Source: an uncultured Verrucomicrobiota bacterium
GTDB taxonomy: Bacteria; Auribacterota; JABMQX01
Direction of reading: 5' to 3'
DNA length: 64,000 nucleotides
NCBI GenBank assembly: GCA_964482435.1
Contig: CAYZXL010000010.1
Span: forward strand, 36,946 to 100,945
The notes under the pieces are model-generated. The model saw nothing but the letters and a program-made list of their open reading frames with translations, was not told the DNA's origin and did not search any database. Position numbers and translations under genes: made by a program. Position 1 is the stretch's first letter. Every line of letters begins with the position of its first letter. Shown in pieces: positions 29,928-38,551 of this stretch.

Positions 29928-30538
29928 GCAAGCGAACGCGTCAGAACACCCCGGCGCCGCCGGAGACCGGGCAACGGACGCGACATCACCTCATCGCGTG
30001 ATTCCGTCCAGACAATGCGTTACCGGACTAACGAGTCATACTATTTGTTTCGTTGGCCTGAGTCTGACAACACATTACATTATGGCCGGTTGCCGGGCAA
30101 CGTGTTTCTCGCCGGTGGTGCGGCTACTTTTGAGTGGCGTGGTTCGTGGGTCCTGGGCCACTGGTCGCATGGCAGCTTGGAAGCGTAACGCCGCCGTCCC
30201 GGCGGCAGTCGTGAGGGCGTCCCGCCCTCGCACGGCAGCCAGCCCGACAATGTGTTTCACCTTGGCCGGGTTGAGCCGGGGGCAAGATGCCCCCGAGACA
30301 GCCGGCAAGATGCCGGCGGTACGCAGACCGACGCCACTCCCCACCAGTCCTTTGTTCCCTACGATTGCCGATCTGGTGCTTCGCCACTGAAAAAGAGCCA
30401 CACCCCTCGTCGGTAGCCGTTCGGGAATGGAGAAGGCAGAATTTGCGTGCGGTTGCTCCCCCGAATCTGTTTGTGGCACGGTCATTGGTGGAAACGCGGT
30501 GATGCAGTCCGCCATCACATTCCTTACAGTCTTTTCCG

Positions 30539-31687
30539 TTATCTTCGCAAGAGCGCACGGTATAAGCCAAGCAATTCCCTTTCCTCGCTCTGCCACGTGT
30601 AGCTTCTTTCGACCAGCTCCTTGCCTCTCTGTCCCATCTTTCTGGCCTCTTCGGGATGCTCGATGAGATAGACTATGGCATCCGCAACCTGTGGCACGTT
30701 CAGAGGGTCAACCAGCAGGCCGCATTCTCCCTCGCGGACAATCTTTCGGAAGAAGGGCAAGTCGGCCGCGATGACGGGAACGCCGCATGCCATCAGCTCG
30801 AAGAGCTTAATAGGCACAATCAGCTCGTGCATTGGCGCCGGATGATACAGCAACAATCCCGCTACTGCCCCGACGCAATAGGCAAAGACATCTTTGTGCG
30901 GAACCTGTCCGCGGTACTCGACGATGCCCTTTGCTTCACAGGAGGCAATCTCGGAGCGGAGCTCCTCATCCTCCACCGGCCCCAGAAGGCGAAGCCGCAC
31001 CGCAACCCTTTTGCCAGCGGCCTCTACCGACCTGAGCATCTCCCGTGCCCCGCGCGCGGAGTTGATTGTGCCGCAGTAAACGAGGAAGGGATAGGCAGAC
31101 AGAACGCTCGGCCTGGCTTTTGCGGCGGGATATATGTACTCAAGCATAGGATAATTATGGACGACCGTTCTAAACGGGATATGAGGTGAGTACTCTTGCG
31201 ATGGGACGATGACGCCCGACAGAAGGGGAGCTGCAAGACTTTCGAAAAGCCTGGCGAGTTTCGACAGGGCAACCTTGGCCCAATGCGGCAAATAGGGCTT
31301 CAGAAGAATGTCCTTGGGCAGGTCCTCGTGGGAATCGTAGATGACCTTCTTTCCAATCAGCCTCAGGAGCAACCCTGTGGGAATCAACTCAGGGTCGTGG
31401 AAGTGGAACAGGTCCCCGCCTTCCCGGAGAACCTTCCATATTACAGCGGTGGCGAGTAGGATCCTCCTGAACCTGGATGCTGGCCTGGCAAGCGATTTAA
31501 TGCGAACGCCGCTAATCGTCTCCTTCCGCGGATGGGATGCGAGAATTACTACGTTGTAGCCTGCCCGCGCGAGGCTCCGCGCCTCTTTGTGAAAAATGCG
31601 GTCGTCCGTCGCCTGATGCACGGTCGAGAAAATAACAACCTTGGGCCTGTCACCCTTTCGCTTCACGCGAGTCTCTCCAGAGAGCAA
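30539..31687 (-). CDS. family 4 (GT-B) glycosyltransferase
   Basis: The C-terminal GT4 region with an E-x7-E-like motif (PIKLFELMACGVPVIA) is preceded by a glycosyl-donor-binding domain. Confidence 0.75.
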   Translation of the reverse strand: MLSGETRVKRKGDRPKVVIFSTVHQATDDRIFHKEARSLARAGYNVVILASHPRKETISGVRIKSLARPASRFRRILLATAVIWKVLREGGDLFHFHDPELIPTGLLLRLIGKKVIYDSHEDLPKDILLKPYLPHWAKVALSKLARLFESLAAPLLSGVIVPSQEYSPHIPFRTVVHNYPMLEYIYPAAKARPSVLSAYPFLVYCGTINSARGAREMLRSVEAAGKRVAVRLRLLGPVEDEELRSEIASCEAKGIVEYRGQVPHKDVFAYCVGAVAGLLLYHPAPMHELIVPIKLFELMACGVPVIAADLPFFRKIVREGECGLLVDPLNVPQVADAIVYLIEHPEEARKMGQRGKELVERSYTWQSEERELLGLYRALLRR

Positions 31688-32609
31688 TTGCCTGTTTCAC
31701 CGGGACGATGCGCGCGCCATCAGCTTTTGCCTGAAGGATAATCTTCTCGTACAGGTCGCCCCAGTAGCGAGGAGCCGAGAAGCTGTGGGTGTGCCATAGG
31801 ACGGTGATTGCGCCGTGCCTTTCGCCCGCCTCGCGGATGAGTGCGGAAATTCTCCTCCACGCTTCAGAAGGGTCCATGTCCATCTTCGCCTGGTCGAGAA
31901 TTGGAGCGTCGTGAACGGGCAAAGGGAGAACGGTGAAAGGGTCACCGGCGAAGGGCCGGAAGGGGTCCTTCTTCCCTTCCGGCCACCCGATGATGTAGTT
32001 CGAGCCGAGGCTTGCGTCGTAGGCGTAGCCCGCCTGGCGAAGGATGCTCCATGAGTCCATTCCCTTGCTGTAGAACCAATGGGAGCGGTGGCCGATGTTC
32101 CTGTGGCCGAGGATTTCGGACATCATCCCGAATTCTCGGCGAGCCGCCTCGAGGTCCCGGTATGAATCAATTCCGTGGACTCCGATCTCCCACCCCTCCT
32201 CCTCGAGACGACAAAGCCTCTCTCGAAGACGCTCGATGAAGTAGTCCGCAGCCCTCCGCGTTGGGGCTTCTGCTCCGCGAGGTATCTTGCCCGGATTTCT
32301 CGCTTCGGGAATGAAAAAGATAGTCGAACGAACCCCGTGCCGTCTTTCGATGTCCAGCATCTTTCTGAAGGACTCTTCAATCGGGTCGGCCAGAATCCTT
32401 GCCTTGATTAACGGGACGCTCACGCCTGATAGGAGACCGTAGAGATACTGTCTGAGGGAAATTCGCCGCCGAAGGAGCCTCGCAACGTTTCCGAAGATGC
32501 ACCGGAAGACGTGCCCTCGCAGAGTCCGAGAATGCCAGGGAAGTTCCCGAACGGAAAGAAGGTCAACATCGTGCGTCAAGACGAGGATGTAGGGCGACTG
32601 ATTCGTCAT
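31650..32609 (-). CDS. polysaccharide deacetylase (NodB-like, CE4) family protein
   Basis: The protein has the motifs LTHDVD and His-rich IGVHG and WHTHSF, typical of carbohydrate esterase 4-like deacetylases. Confidence 0.65.
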   Translation of the reverse strand: MTNQSPYILVLTHDVDLLSVRELPWHSRTLRGHVFRCIFGNVARLLRRRISLRQYLYGLLSGVSVPLIKARILADPIEESFRKMLDIERRHGVRSTIFFIPEARNPGKIPRGAEAPTRRAADYFIERLRERLCRLEEEGWEIGVHGIDSYRDLEAARREFGMMSEILGHRNIGHRSHWFYSKGMDSWSILRQAGYAYDASLGSNYIIGWPEGKKDPFRPFAGDPFTVLPLPVHDAPILDQAKMDMDPSEAWRRISALIREAGERHGAITVLWHTHSFSAPRYWGDLYEKIILQAKADGARIVPVKQAIALWRDSREAKG

Positions 32610-33574
32610 AACTTCCCTAAGGCCGTCAGAACGACCCTCCCAAGAAGCGGAGCCTTGGTGATCAGACTATACGGCTGTTGCCTCGCACCGAACGCCCGGA
32701 AAAAGCGCTCCACCTGGGGGAGGCCCGACCCCTCAAAGTCGAAACCTTTAGTCCGGTCCCTTGCAAACCGGATCAGCCACCACAGCAGGAAAGCGTTTGC
32801 TCCGCTGTTGCGAAGTTCAGGGTCCCCCCCGGACACAAGGTCATAGGCATACTTCTTATCCCATGCGAGAAAGGCAGCAGCATGGCCGCGTCCATCCGGG
32901 TCTCTGGCGACGAAGCACTGTCCAGCGTTCCGCTCTTTGCATGCGCGAACGAGGGAAAAGAAAAGCTCTTGCGGGAAAGGCCGCTTCATCTTCTGGCGCT
33001 TGAAAGTCTTATCGCACAGGAGGAGGACTTCGGCCGGCTCAGCTCGTGAGACGGTCAATGGACGGCGCTCAGCCTTTCTTATGTCGGTGCGAACGTTCTC
33101 GCGCAGCCCGGCCCAAAGGGCGCCATCGTCCGAAATGTCGTCAAGAATGTACGTGAAAATGCTCGTCTGGCGGAAGCCCGCCCAGTAGAACGGAAGCCAA
33201 TTTGGGAGGCTGTGATGGAAACACTGAAAGAAGATTGGGATGTGGCGTAGATTGTCGGCGAGCGCTTTAAGGAGTTCCATCTCGCGCGAAAGGCGTGTCA
33301 CATATTTCCCCTCCATGGGCTCCAAAACCGGTCCCCATGACTGGCTCAACTTGGGCATCCGGCAGACCTTCACGAAGGCATACCGAGCAAAATGCAGCGG
33401 AATGCCCGCGACGAGCCGGCCGCCCCTGAAGCAGCCCAATATCCTGAAATTGTCGCCGCAGGAGGCTTTTATCCACCAGCTCTCGCAGAAAACACATCCC
33501 TGCGGAGAACGGTCCACGAGGCCGTCCCAATCCGCTATCTCATCGTCGGTTAAGAAGCGCACTTCCAGGCTCAC
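32606..33574 (-). CDS. FemAB-like/GNAT-fold acyl- or aminoacyl-transferase
   Basis: The 322-aa protein has an N-terminal DUF-like region and a C-terminal GNAT-like core. It overlaps both neighbours by 4 nt, indicating an operon. Confidence 0.55.
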   Translation of the reverse strand: MSLEVRFLTDDEIADWDGLVDRSPQGCVFCESWWIKASCGDNFRILGCFRGGRLVAGIPLHFARYAFVKVCRMPKLSQSWGPVLEPMEGKYVTRLSREMELLKALADNLRHIPIFFQCFHHSLPNWLPFYWAGFRQTSIFTYILDDISDDGALWAGLRENVRTDIRKAERRPLTVSRAEPAEVLLLCDKTFKRQKMKRPFPQELFFSLVRACKERNAGQCFVARDPDGRGHAAAFLAWDKKYAYDLVSGGDPELRNSGANAFLLWWLIRFARDRTKGFDFEGSGLPQVERFFRAFGARQQPYSLITKAPLLGRVVLTALGKL

Positions 33575-34584
33575 GGCTCACCCCGCCCTGCTGCGTTGAC
33601 TGGGTTCGGCTTTGCGGCAATGACTGCCAGCAAATGCGTCGCGAGGTCTTCGGGCAGAAAGCCTTTGAACCGGTCATTGACCCTCATGCGACGCAGCGCT
33701 CGCAGCGAGGGTTCGTCCACCCTGGGGTTCTTCCACAGAATGCGAAAGCCGGCCTGCGACATCATGTCAAGGAACTGCGAGGACCGCAGGCGGTTCTGGT
33801 ACTGAATCCTGTTTTGGCCGAGGATTCTCCACACGGCGTCAGAGTACTTCAGGAAATTGACCATGGAAATGGACTTGTCGAAGCCTGCGTAGTGATCCTG
33901 CAGGCCTATCCTGTGGTACATGAAGCCGGACGGCTTGAGAACCCGATGAGCTTCTCGAAGCAAGGCTTGCGCCACAGGTACGGGAACGTGCTCCAGCACC
34001 CCTCGTGTGAAAACAAGGTCCACGCTGCACGAACCCAGGCCCGTGCGAGTCGCATCCCCGGGGGCGATGTAGGCTATGCGTGCCGAGCGCATTAGCTCGC
34101 GCACACCGGCATGAAGCTTGAGCCCTCGCCGCCAATCCTCCAAACGGCTAACAGGAACGCCCGCCTTCCTGCTTATCTCATCGAACACTCGAACGAAGGC
34201 CCGCAGAGTAGTCAAAGCGAGTTGAGACGTTACGTGCTTTGTGATGTCGTAGGTAAGAACCTGGGCCGCACCGAGGGAGGAGAATAGAAGGGGCATCGTG
34301 GGATGCCAACCGGTGCCGACCTCAAGGACAATGCTCCCATCCACCCGGAAGCCTTGCTGCCGTAACGAAGCAATCATCTCGAGGCCCCACCTCGAAACGC
34401 CTGCGACCGACGTGTCTTTTCTGAAGCCGCCGACAGACCTCGACAGAAGAAAGTTGAGCTGCCGGCCTGCCGGCGCAACGGAGAGGATTGCCTGCAAGCC
34501 TGCTTTGAGTCTCCAGTCCATGACCAGGGTGATGATTCTCGCCTCGAGCGCCACACCCGAGCGATGTTGTCCGCCCTCCCACAC
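33571..34584 (-). CDS. class I SAM-dependent methyltransferase
   Basis: The protein has motif I VLEVGTGWH and motif II LKPSGFMYHR. The start is uncertain, possibly MDWRLKAG. Confidence 0.65.
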   Translation of the reverse strand: MWEGGQHRSGVALEARIITLVMDWRLKAGLQAILSVAPAGRQLNFLLSRSVGGFRKDTSVAGVSRWGLEMIASLRQQGFRVDGSIVLEVGTGWHPTMPLLFSSLGAAQVLTYDITKHVTSQLALTTLRAFVRVFDEISRKAGVPVSRLEDWRRGLKLHAGVRELMRSARIAYIAPGDATRTGLGSCSVDLVFTRGVLEHVPVPVAQALLREAHRVLKPSGFMYHRIGLQDHYAGFDKSISMVNFLKYSDAVWRILGQNRIQYQNRLRSSQFLDMMSQAGFRILWKNPRVDEPSLRALRRMRVNDRFKGFLPEDLATHLLAVIAAKPNPVNAAGRGEP

Positions 34585-34691
34585 AACTCACAGCCGAATG
34601 TAACACCCGCCCCGCCCGTCGTCAACTAAATAGCCTTCCGAGACTTGCGGTTTCTCCCCGGACCGTAGTTCGCCCTGGATCCACGCAGCGG

Positions 34692-35873
34692 CTACAGAAG
34701 CGAACGGTAAAGGCGCTGGGCCTGCGAAGCGTAATTCTCCCAGCGAAAAAGAGTCTCGATGCGTTTTCTCCCGGCTTTTCCCATGGAGAGGCGACGGTCT
34801 CGGTTCTCTGCAAGGGCGAGGGTTGCGGAGGCAAGTCCTTGCCAGTCCCCGACGGGAACGAGAAGTCCTGTCTCATTGTGAACGACCGCCTCCGGAATTC
34901 CCCCCACCGGCGTGGCTATGACCGGTAGCTCGCAAGCCATCGCCTCTAAGATGACGTTGGGCATGCCTTCGCTGTGCGACGGTAGAACGAGGACATCGCT
35001 TGCTTGCATCCAGCGGGCGACTTCGCTGCTCGGTCGTGCCCCGCACAAAAGCACCTTCGCCCCCATTGGGACAAACCTCCTCAGAAGCGGCCCTAATCCG
35101 ACGATGACGAGGAGAGAGCGGGGCAGAGCTTTTTCGACATGCGTCCATGCTCTTGCGAGCTCCTCAAGTCCCTTCTCCTGCGAAACTGTCCCGACGTACA
35201 GGGCTACAAAAGGTCTTTCCCGCATGCCGAACTCCTCCCGCAGGCTGCTCCTGCCGCTCGCGGGGGAAAATAGCTGCGTATCAACCCCTTTATAGAGAAC
35301 GGCTACTTCCCGCCGATTTCGCGACATGGAGGACATCTTCTCGGCGAGGTCTTCGCTGGTGGCGACAGGAGCGTCGCAGTTCTCGATGACGTGTCTGGTC
35401 AGGAGGAAATTCGCTCTCGATTCCCAGGGATAGACGTTCACGTCGCTTCCTCTCGCGTGACAGACGCACGGGAGACGGAACGCCCTCGAAAGCAGCACCG
35501 CGGCCATTCCGCACGGGAGCAATCCGTGGGCATGGATGAGGTCAAAAGGCTTTTGGCGCGACCACGACCGAAAAGAGACGTACAGGGAGGGGAACATCGC
35601 AAATGGGTCGCATTTGCGATAAAACGCTCCCGGGGGGCGAGGGTAACGCGGATAGCGTACCGGAATCCCGTCCCATTCATCTGACCGAGGCACCAGTCCT
35701 AAGTCCCTCCATTTTGACCTGTACCAGAGAAGGCGAGGGGAATATGGCAGAGGCGAAAGCACCCTCATGGCTATCCCCGACCGCTTCAAGGTCAGGCATT
35801 CGCGATGAACGAAAATGCCAGCGATTGGATCAGTCTTTCGGGGATACATGTCCGAAACAACCAGGATTCTCAC
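34692..35873 (-). CDS. family 4 (GT-B) glycosyltransferase
   Basis: The N-terminus MRILVVSDMYP is followed by a C-terminal GT4 signature (VLPSHSEGMPNVILEAMACELPVIAT). Confidence 0.8.
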   Translation of the reverse strand: MRILVVSDMYPRKTDPIAGIFVHRECLTLKRSGIAMRVLSPLPYSPRLLWYRSKWRDLGLVPRSDEWDGIPVRYPRYPRPPGAFYRKCDPFAMFPSLYVSFRSWSRQKPFDLIHAHGLLPCGMAAVLLSRAFRLPCVCHARGSDVNVYPWESRANFLLTRHVIENCDAPVATSEDLAEKMSSMSRNRREVAVLYKGVDTQLFSPASGRSSLREEFGMRERPFVALYVGTVSQEKGLEELARAWTHVEKALPRSLLVIVGLGPLLRRFVPMGAKVLLCGARPSSEVARWMQASDVLVLPSHSEGMPNVILEAMACELPVIATPVGGIPEAVVHNETGLLVPVGDWQGLASATLALAENRDRRLSMGKAGRKRIETLFRWENYASQAQRLYRSLL

Positions 35874-36228
35874 CGCTTCATCCTCTGTGGTTCCTGCAAT
35901 CCTACCGATTTATGGCACCGCGGCTTGCAGCCACACCCGTTCCGTTGGCGCGGCTGACAGCCCAAGCCAGGTCATCGTAACCGCCACGTGCGCGTCTCTC
36001 ACCGGGGCTAATTAGCCATCGGCTCGCTCTCGTTGGATGAGCCCAGATGCCACCGCGGCAGTACTTGACCGGTGATTCGCCAACGGCGAGCCCGTGCTGG
36101 ACCCGCGGAGAGTTTATCACGCTGCGAATTCCCCGTGAAAGTACAAAGGGGCACACCAGGGCGACCACGTTGTCGGGGGAACAGCGGGACCACACGGCAG
36201 AGCGCTCGCCCGGCGCTTAAGAGCGGGG

Positions 36229-37608
36229 TTAAACACGGCAGATGGCGAACCTCCTTTTGCCGGAGGCAGTGGGTGGGAAATCGGTAGTCTGTTCGAATGA
36301 GACTCTCGTGTCCTCACCGAGAACGGACTTCAGGACCCGTGTGAGCAATTCCCTGTTTTCCTCGGTGAGAGCGGGCGAGGGGGTGTGTCGAAGAGTAATA
36401 GCCCCGATCTGGTCCTGACAGAGTTGGAATTCATCTATAGGTATGCGGGTTCGCTGAAGGAGATACGTCGCCAGGACCCCGGAGACCCTGAAGCCGTCGG
36501 TTCGATAGAAAAACTCGTTCACCCGGCCATCGAGGCGAAGGATGCGACGAAACGGAAGCCCAAGGCTTGCATCTGGCTCTCCGATGCAGCCTGCGTCCCC
36601 GTTACGGTATCGGAGCAGAGGAAAAGCCCTGTTGTCTAAATCCGTTATCACAAATTCGCCGGTGCCGGTAGCAGAGATACGGCCGTCTTCGCCGAGGACT
36701 TCGATGACAACGTGGTCTTCGGGGATGCAGTGAGGCAGCCCGGGGCCGGGGCGGTGGCCAAGTGCCATGATTTCCCGACATCCATAGTAATCCATAACGT
36801 CTGCCCCCGTCACCTCCTTAATCTTGTCTGCCCAGTGCGGATGAAGCACTTCGGCCGTAGGATAGACTCCCGTCAGCGCCAAACTCACTCCGGCTTTCTG
36901 GAGGTAGTCGCAGAAAAGAAACCAGGCAGAGCAATACCCCATCCCGTACCGGATGCCTTTGCGTCGGCACATTTTCGCCACAGCGACTGCTGTTCGAGAG
37001 TCGAGTTCAAAGGCAGGGAATGGGTACACACGGTTGAGACGCCGAATCAAACGGTCCTTGAGGCCAGTCTTGCCTAACCCGAGGCTTCCCCCGTAGAACC
37101 CTAACGTCGGAAAACCTGTCTTGTACCCGGACCAGGAAAGACCGCGAAGGTGGCAAGCCTCCTGAACGAAGGTCGTCCACCTATCGCAGAGCACGGTGAC
37201 GGGCTGGCCGGTTGTTCCGCCGGTGGTGCGGGAGTCGGGCTGTAGAGAAGCCACCTCGTCGGAAAGAAGCTCTTTGTAACGATGCTGCACGATTTCTCTG
37301 GTCAGCAGGGGAATCGAAGAGAGGTCTTCCAGCCCACTGAAAGTCTGCGGCGACACACCTATTCGACGAAACAACTCGCGATAGTATGGAACGTGCTCAT
37401 AGCAGTACCTCGCAAGGCCAACAAGCTTGCGGTCGCGGTATGCCTTCAGCTCTTCTATGGACATTCGTTGCGCGGCATCAACCTCCAGGAGGAGGTGCTC
37501 GAGCCGAACTCGCCACTTGCGCGCAGCAAGTCGCGCTAGTAGTTCCGGGATTAGTCCCGAGTAATAGGCCTGTACAGGATTTCTCAGTCTGCGAGAGCTT
37601 TGTCTCAT
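36229..37608 (-). CDS. CapK/PaaK-like adenylate-forming enzyme (phenylacetate-CoA ligase / F390 synthetase family)
   Basis: The protein has the AMP-binding-like motif SRTTGGTTGQP and the family's C-terminal domain. The start is taken at MRQSSRRL with a GGGGAGGTG RBS. Confidence 0.7.
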   Translation of the reverse strand: MRQSSRRLRNPVQAYYSGLIPELLARLAARKWRVRLEHLLLEVDAAQRMSIEELKAYRDRKLVGLARYCYEHVPYYRELFRRIGVSPQTFSGLEDLSSIPLLTREIVQHRYKELLSDEVASLQPDSRTTGGTTGQPVTVLCDRWTTFVQEACHLRGLSWSGYKTGFPTLGFYGGSLGLGKTGLKDRLIRRLNRVYPFPAFELDSRTAVAVAKMCRRKGIRYGMGYCSAWFLFCDYLQKAGVSLALTGVYPTAEVLHPHWADKIKEVTGADVMDYYGCREIMALGHRPGPGLPHCIPEDHVVIEVLGEDGRISATGTGEFVITDLDNRAFPLLRYRNGDAGCIGEPDASLGLPFRRILRLDGRVNEFFYRTDGFRVSGVLATYLLQRTRIPIDEFQLCQDQIGAITLRHTPSPALTEENRELLTRVLKSVLGEDTRVSFEQTTDFPPTASGKRRFAICRV

Positions 37609-38262
37609 CTGCGGCACCTCCCCACCTCTGAGGTCAATGCCAGGGCACCTCAATGGGTTGGACATGTTCTTAACAGGCTTCCTGAGGCGATGTCAAGAAA
37701 TGTCGTCGGAAGGGGAAGCCTACGTTTGAGTGGTGCATCTTGTGTCTTTGAGGGCGCCAATGCGGCGACGGATTCGAACTGATGAATCAGAAATCGCCTG
37801 CCCCCGGGTGGGTCTGCGTTGAGCCGGTTCTTCATCCAGGGAGTGTCTGACCTTTGCGCGCCGAACTCTCTCGGGCAACAACGTCTTTCCCTCGGAGGAC
37901 CGTACTCCTAAGGGCGGCGGCTGCAAAAACAACGCCACGCTACTCGTGCCGGCGCCGAGCACGATTGCGGGTCTCGCGCGCGGACGGGCGGCGCGGGTCC
38001 GGCTTTTCCTGTAAAGCGATATGGGCCGTCGAACTGTTTCGACCGAGGGGTTCCCGCTGCGTCTTTCTGCGGCGCCTCGACCAAAACGGGGTTGACTTTT
38101 GTTCCCTGGGTGGCCGAATATGCCGCCGGAACCTATTCCGATGCCAGGGACGTTGGTTCAGCTGAGCGCGAGTTCCTCCGCGCGGTCGCCGGTTGGTGGC
38201 GAGCAAGCGTGGCTGGTTTTTCTGCTGAACCTGAAAAGAAGGGGGCAGACGAGAGCGATTCA

Positions 38263-38550
38263 ATGGCGACCTGTGATCGAAACAACTCAACACTCGGACG
38301 AATTCTCCTGAAAGCGCTAAGCTCAGTGAAGCTCGCCGTCAGTCTTCTATCGCTCATAGCTCTGGTTCTGATCGTCGCAACCTTAATCAGAAATCAGGAC
38401 CACGCCCGGCGGTACATCTACCACTCCTGGTGGTTCATTTCCCTGCTTGGCCTCTTGTGTCTCAAGCTTCTTGTGTGCGTAGCGGGGCGACGGTCTCTTA
38501 AACTGAAAAAGCTGGGGACAAGGGTGACCCGAGCCGCTGGCAGAGGTTAA
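38263..38550 (+). CDS. stand-alone ResB N-terminal fragment (first TM helix plus YHSWWF motif)
   Basis: The 96-aa ORF LGRILLKALSSVKLAVSLLSLIALVLIVATLIRNQ...YIYHSWWFISLLGLLCLKLLVC reproduces the canonical ResB/Ccs1 N-terminus. It ends 2 bp before the next gene, which contains a diverged second copy of the same segment. Confidence 0.5.
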   Translation: MATCDRNNSTLGRILLKALSSVKLAVSLLSLIALVLIVATLIRNQDHARRYIYHSWWFISLLGLLCLKLLVCVAGRRSLKLKKLGTRVTRAAGRG

Positions 38551-38551
38551 G

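Noticed and set aside
29928-30538. ORFs of 148-187 aa inside the 611-bp gap of the glycan cluster
   Set aside because: The ORFs overlap each other on both strands, have no RBS and a low-complexity Arg/Ala/Pro-rich composition. The region is treated as non-coding promoter or UTR.
37760-37780. tRNA-like T-loop string GGATTCGAAC
   Set aside because: The flanking sequence does not form the T-stem, acceptor stem or anticodon arm, so it is a chance match, not a tRNA.
38092-38262. Upstream extension of the ResB N-terminal fragment ORF to 38092
   Set aside because: The extension encodes Arg/Ala-rich sequence without similarity to ResB. The ATG at 38263 immediately precedes the recognisable ResB N-terminus.
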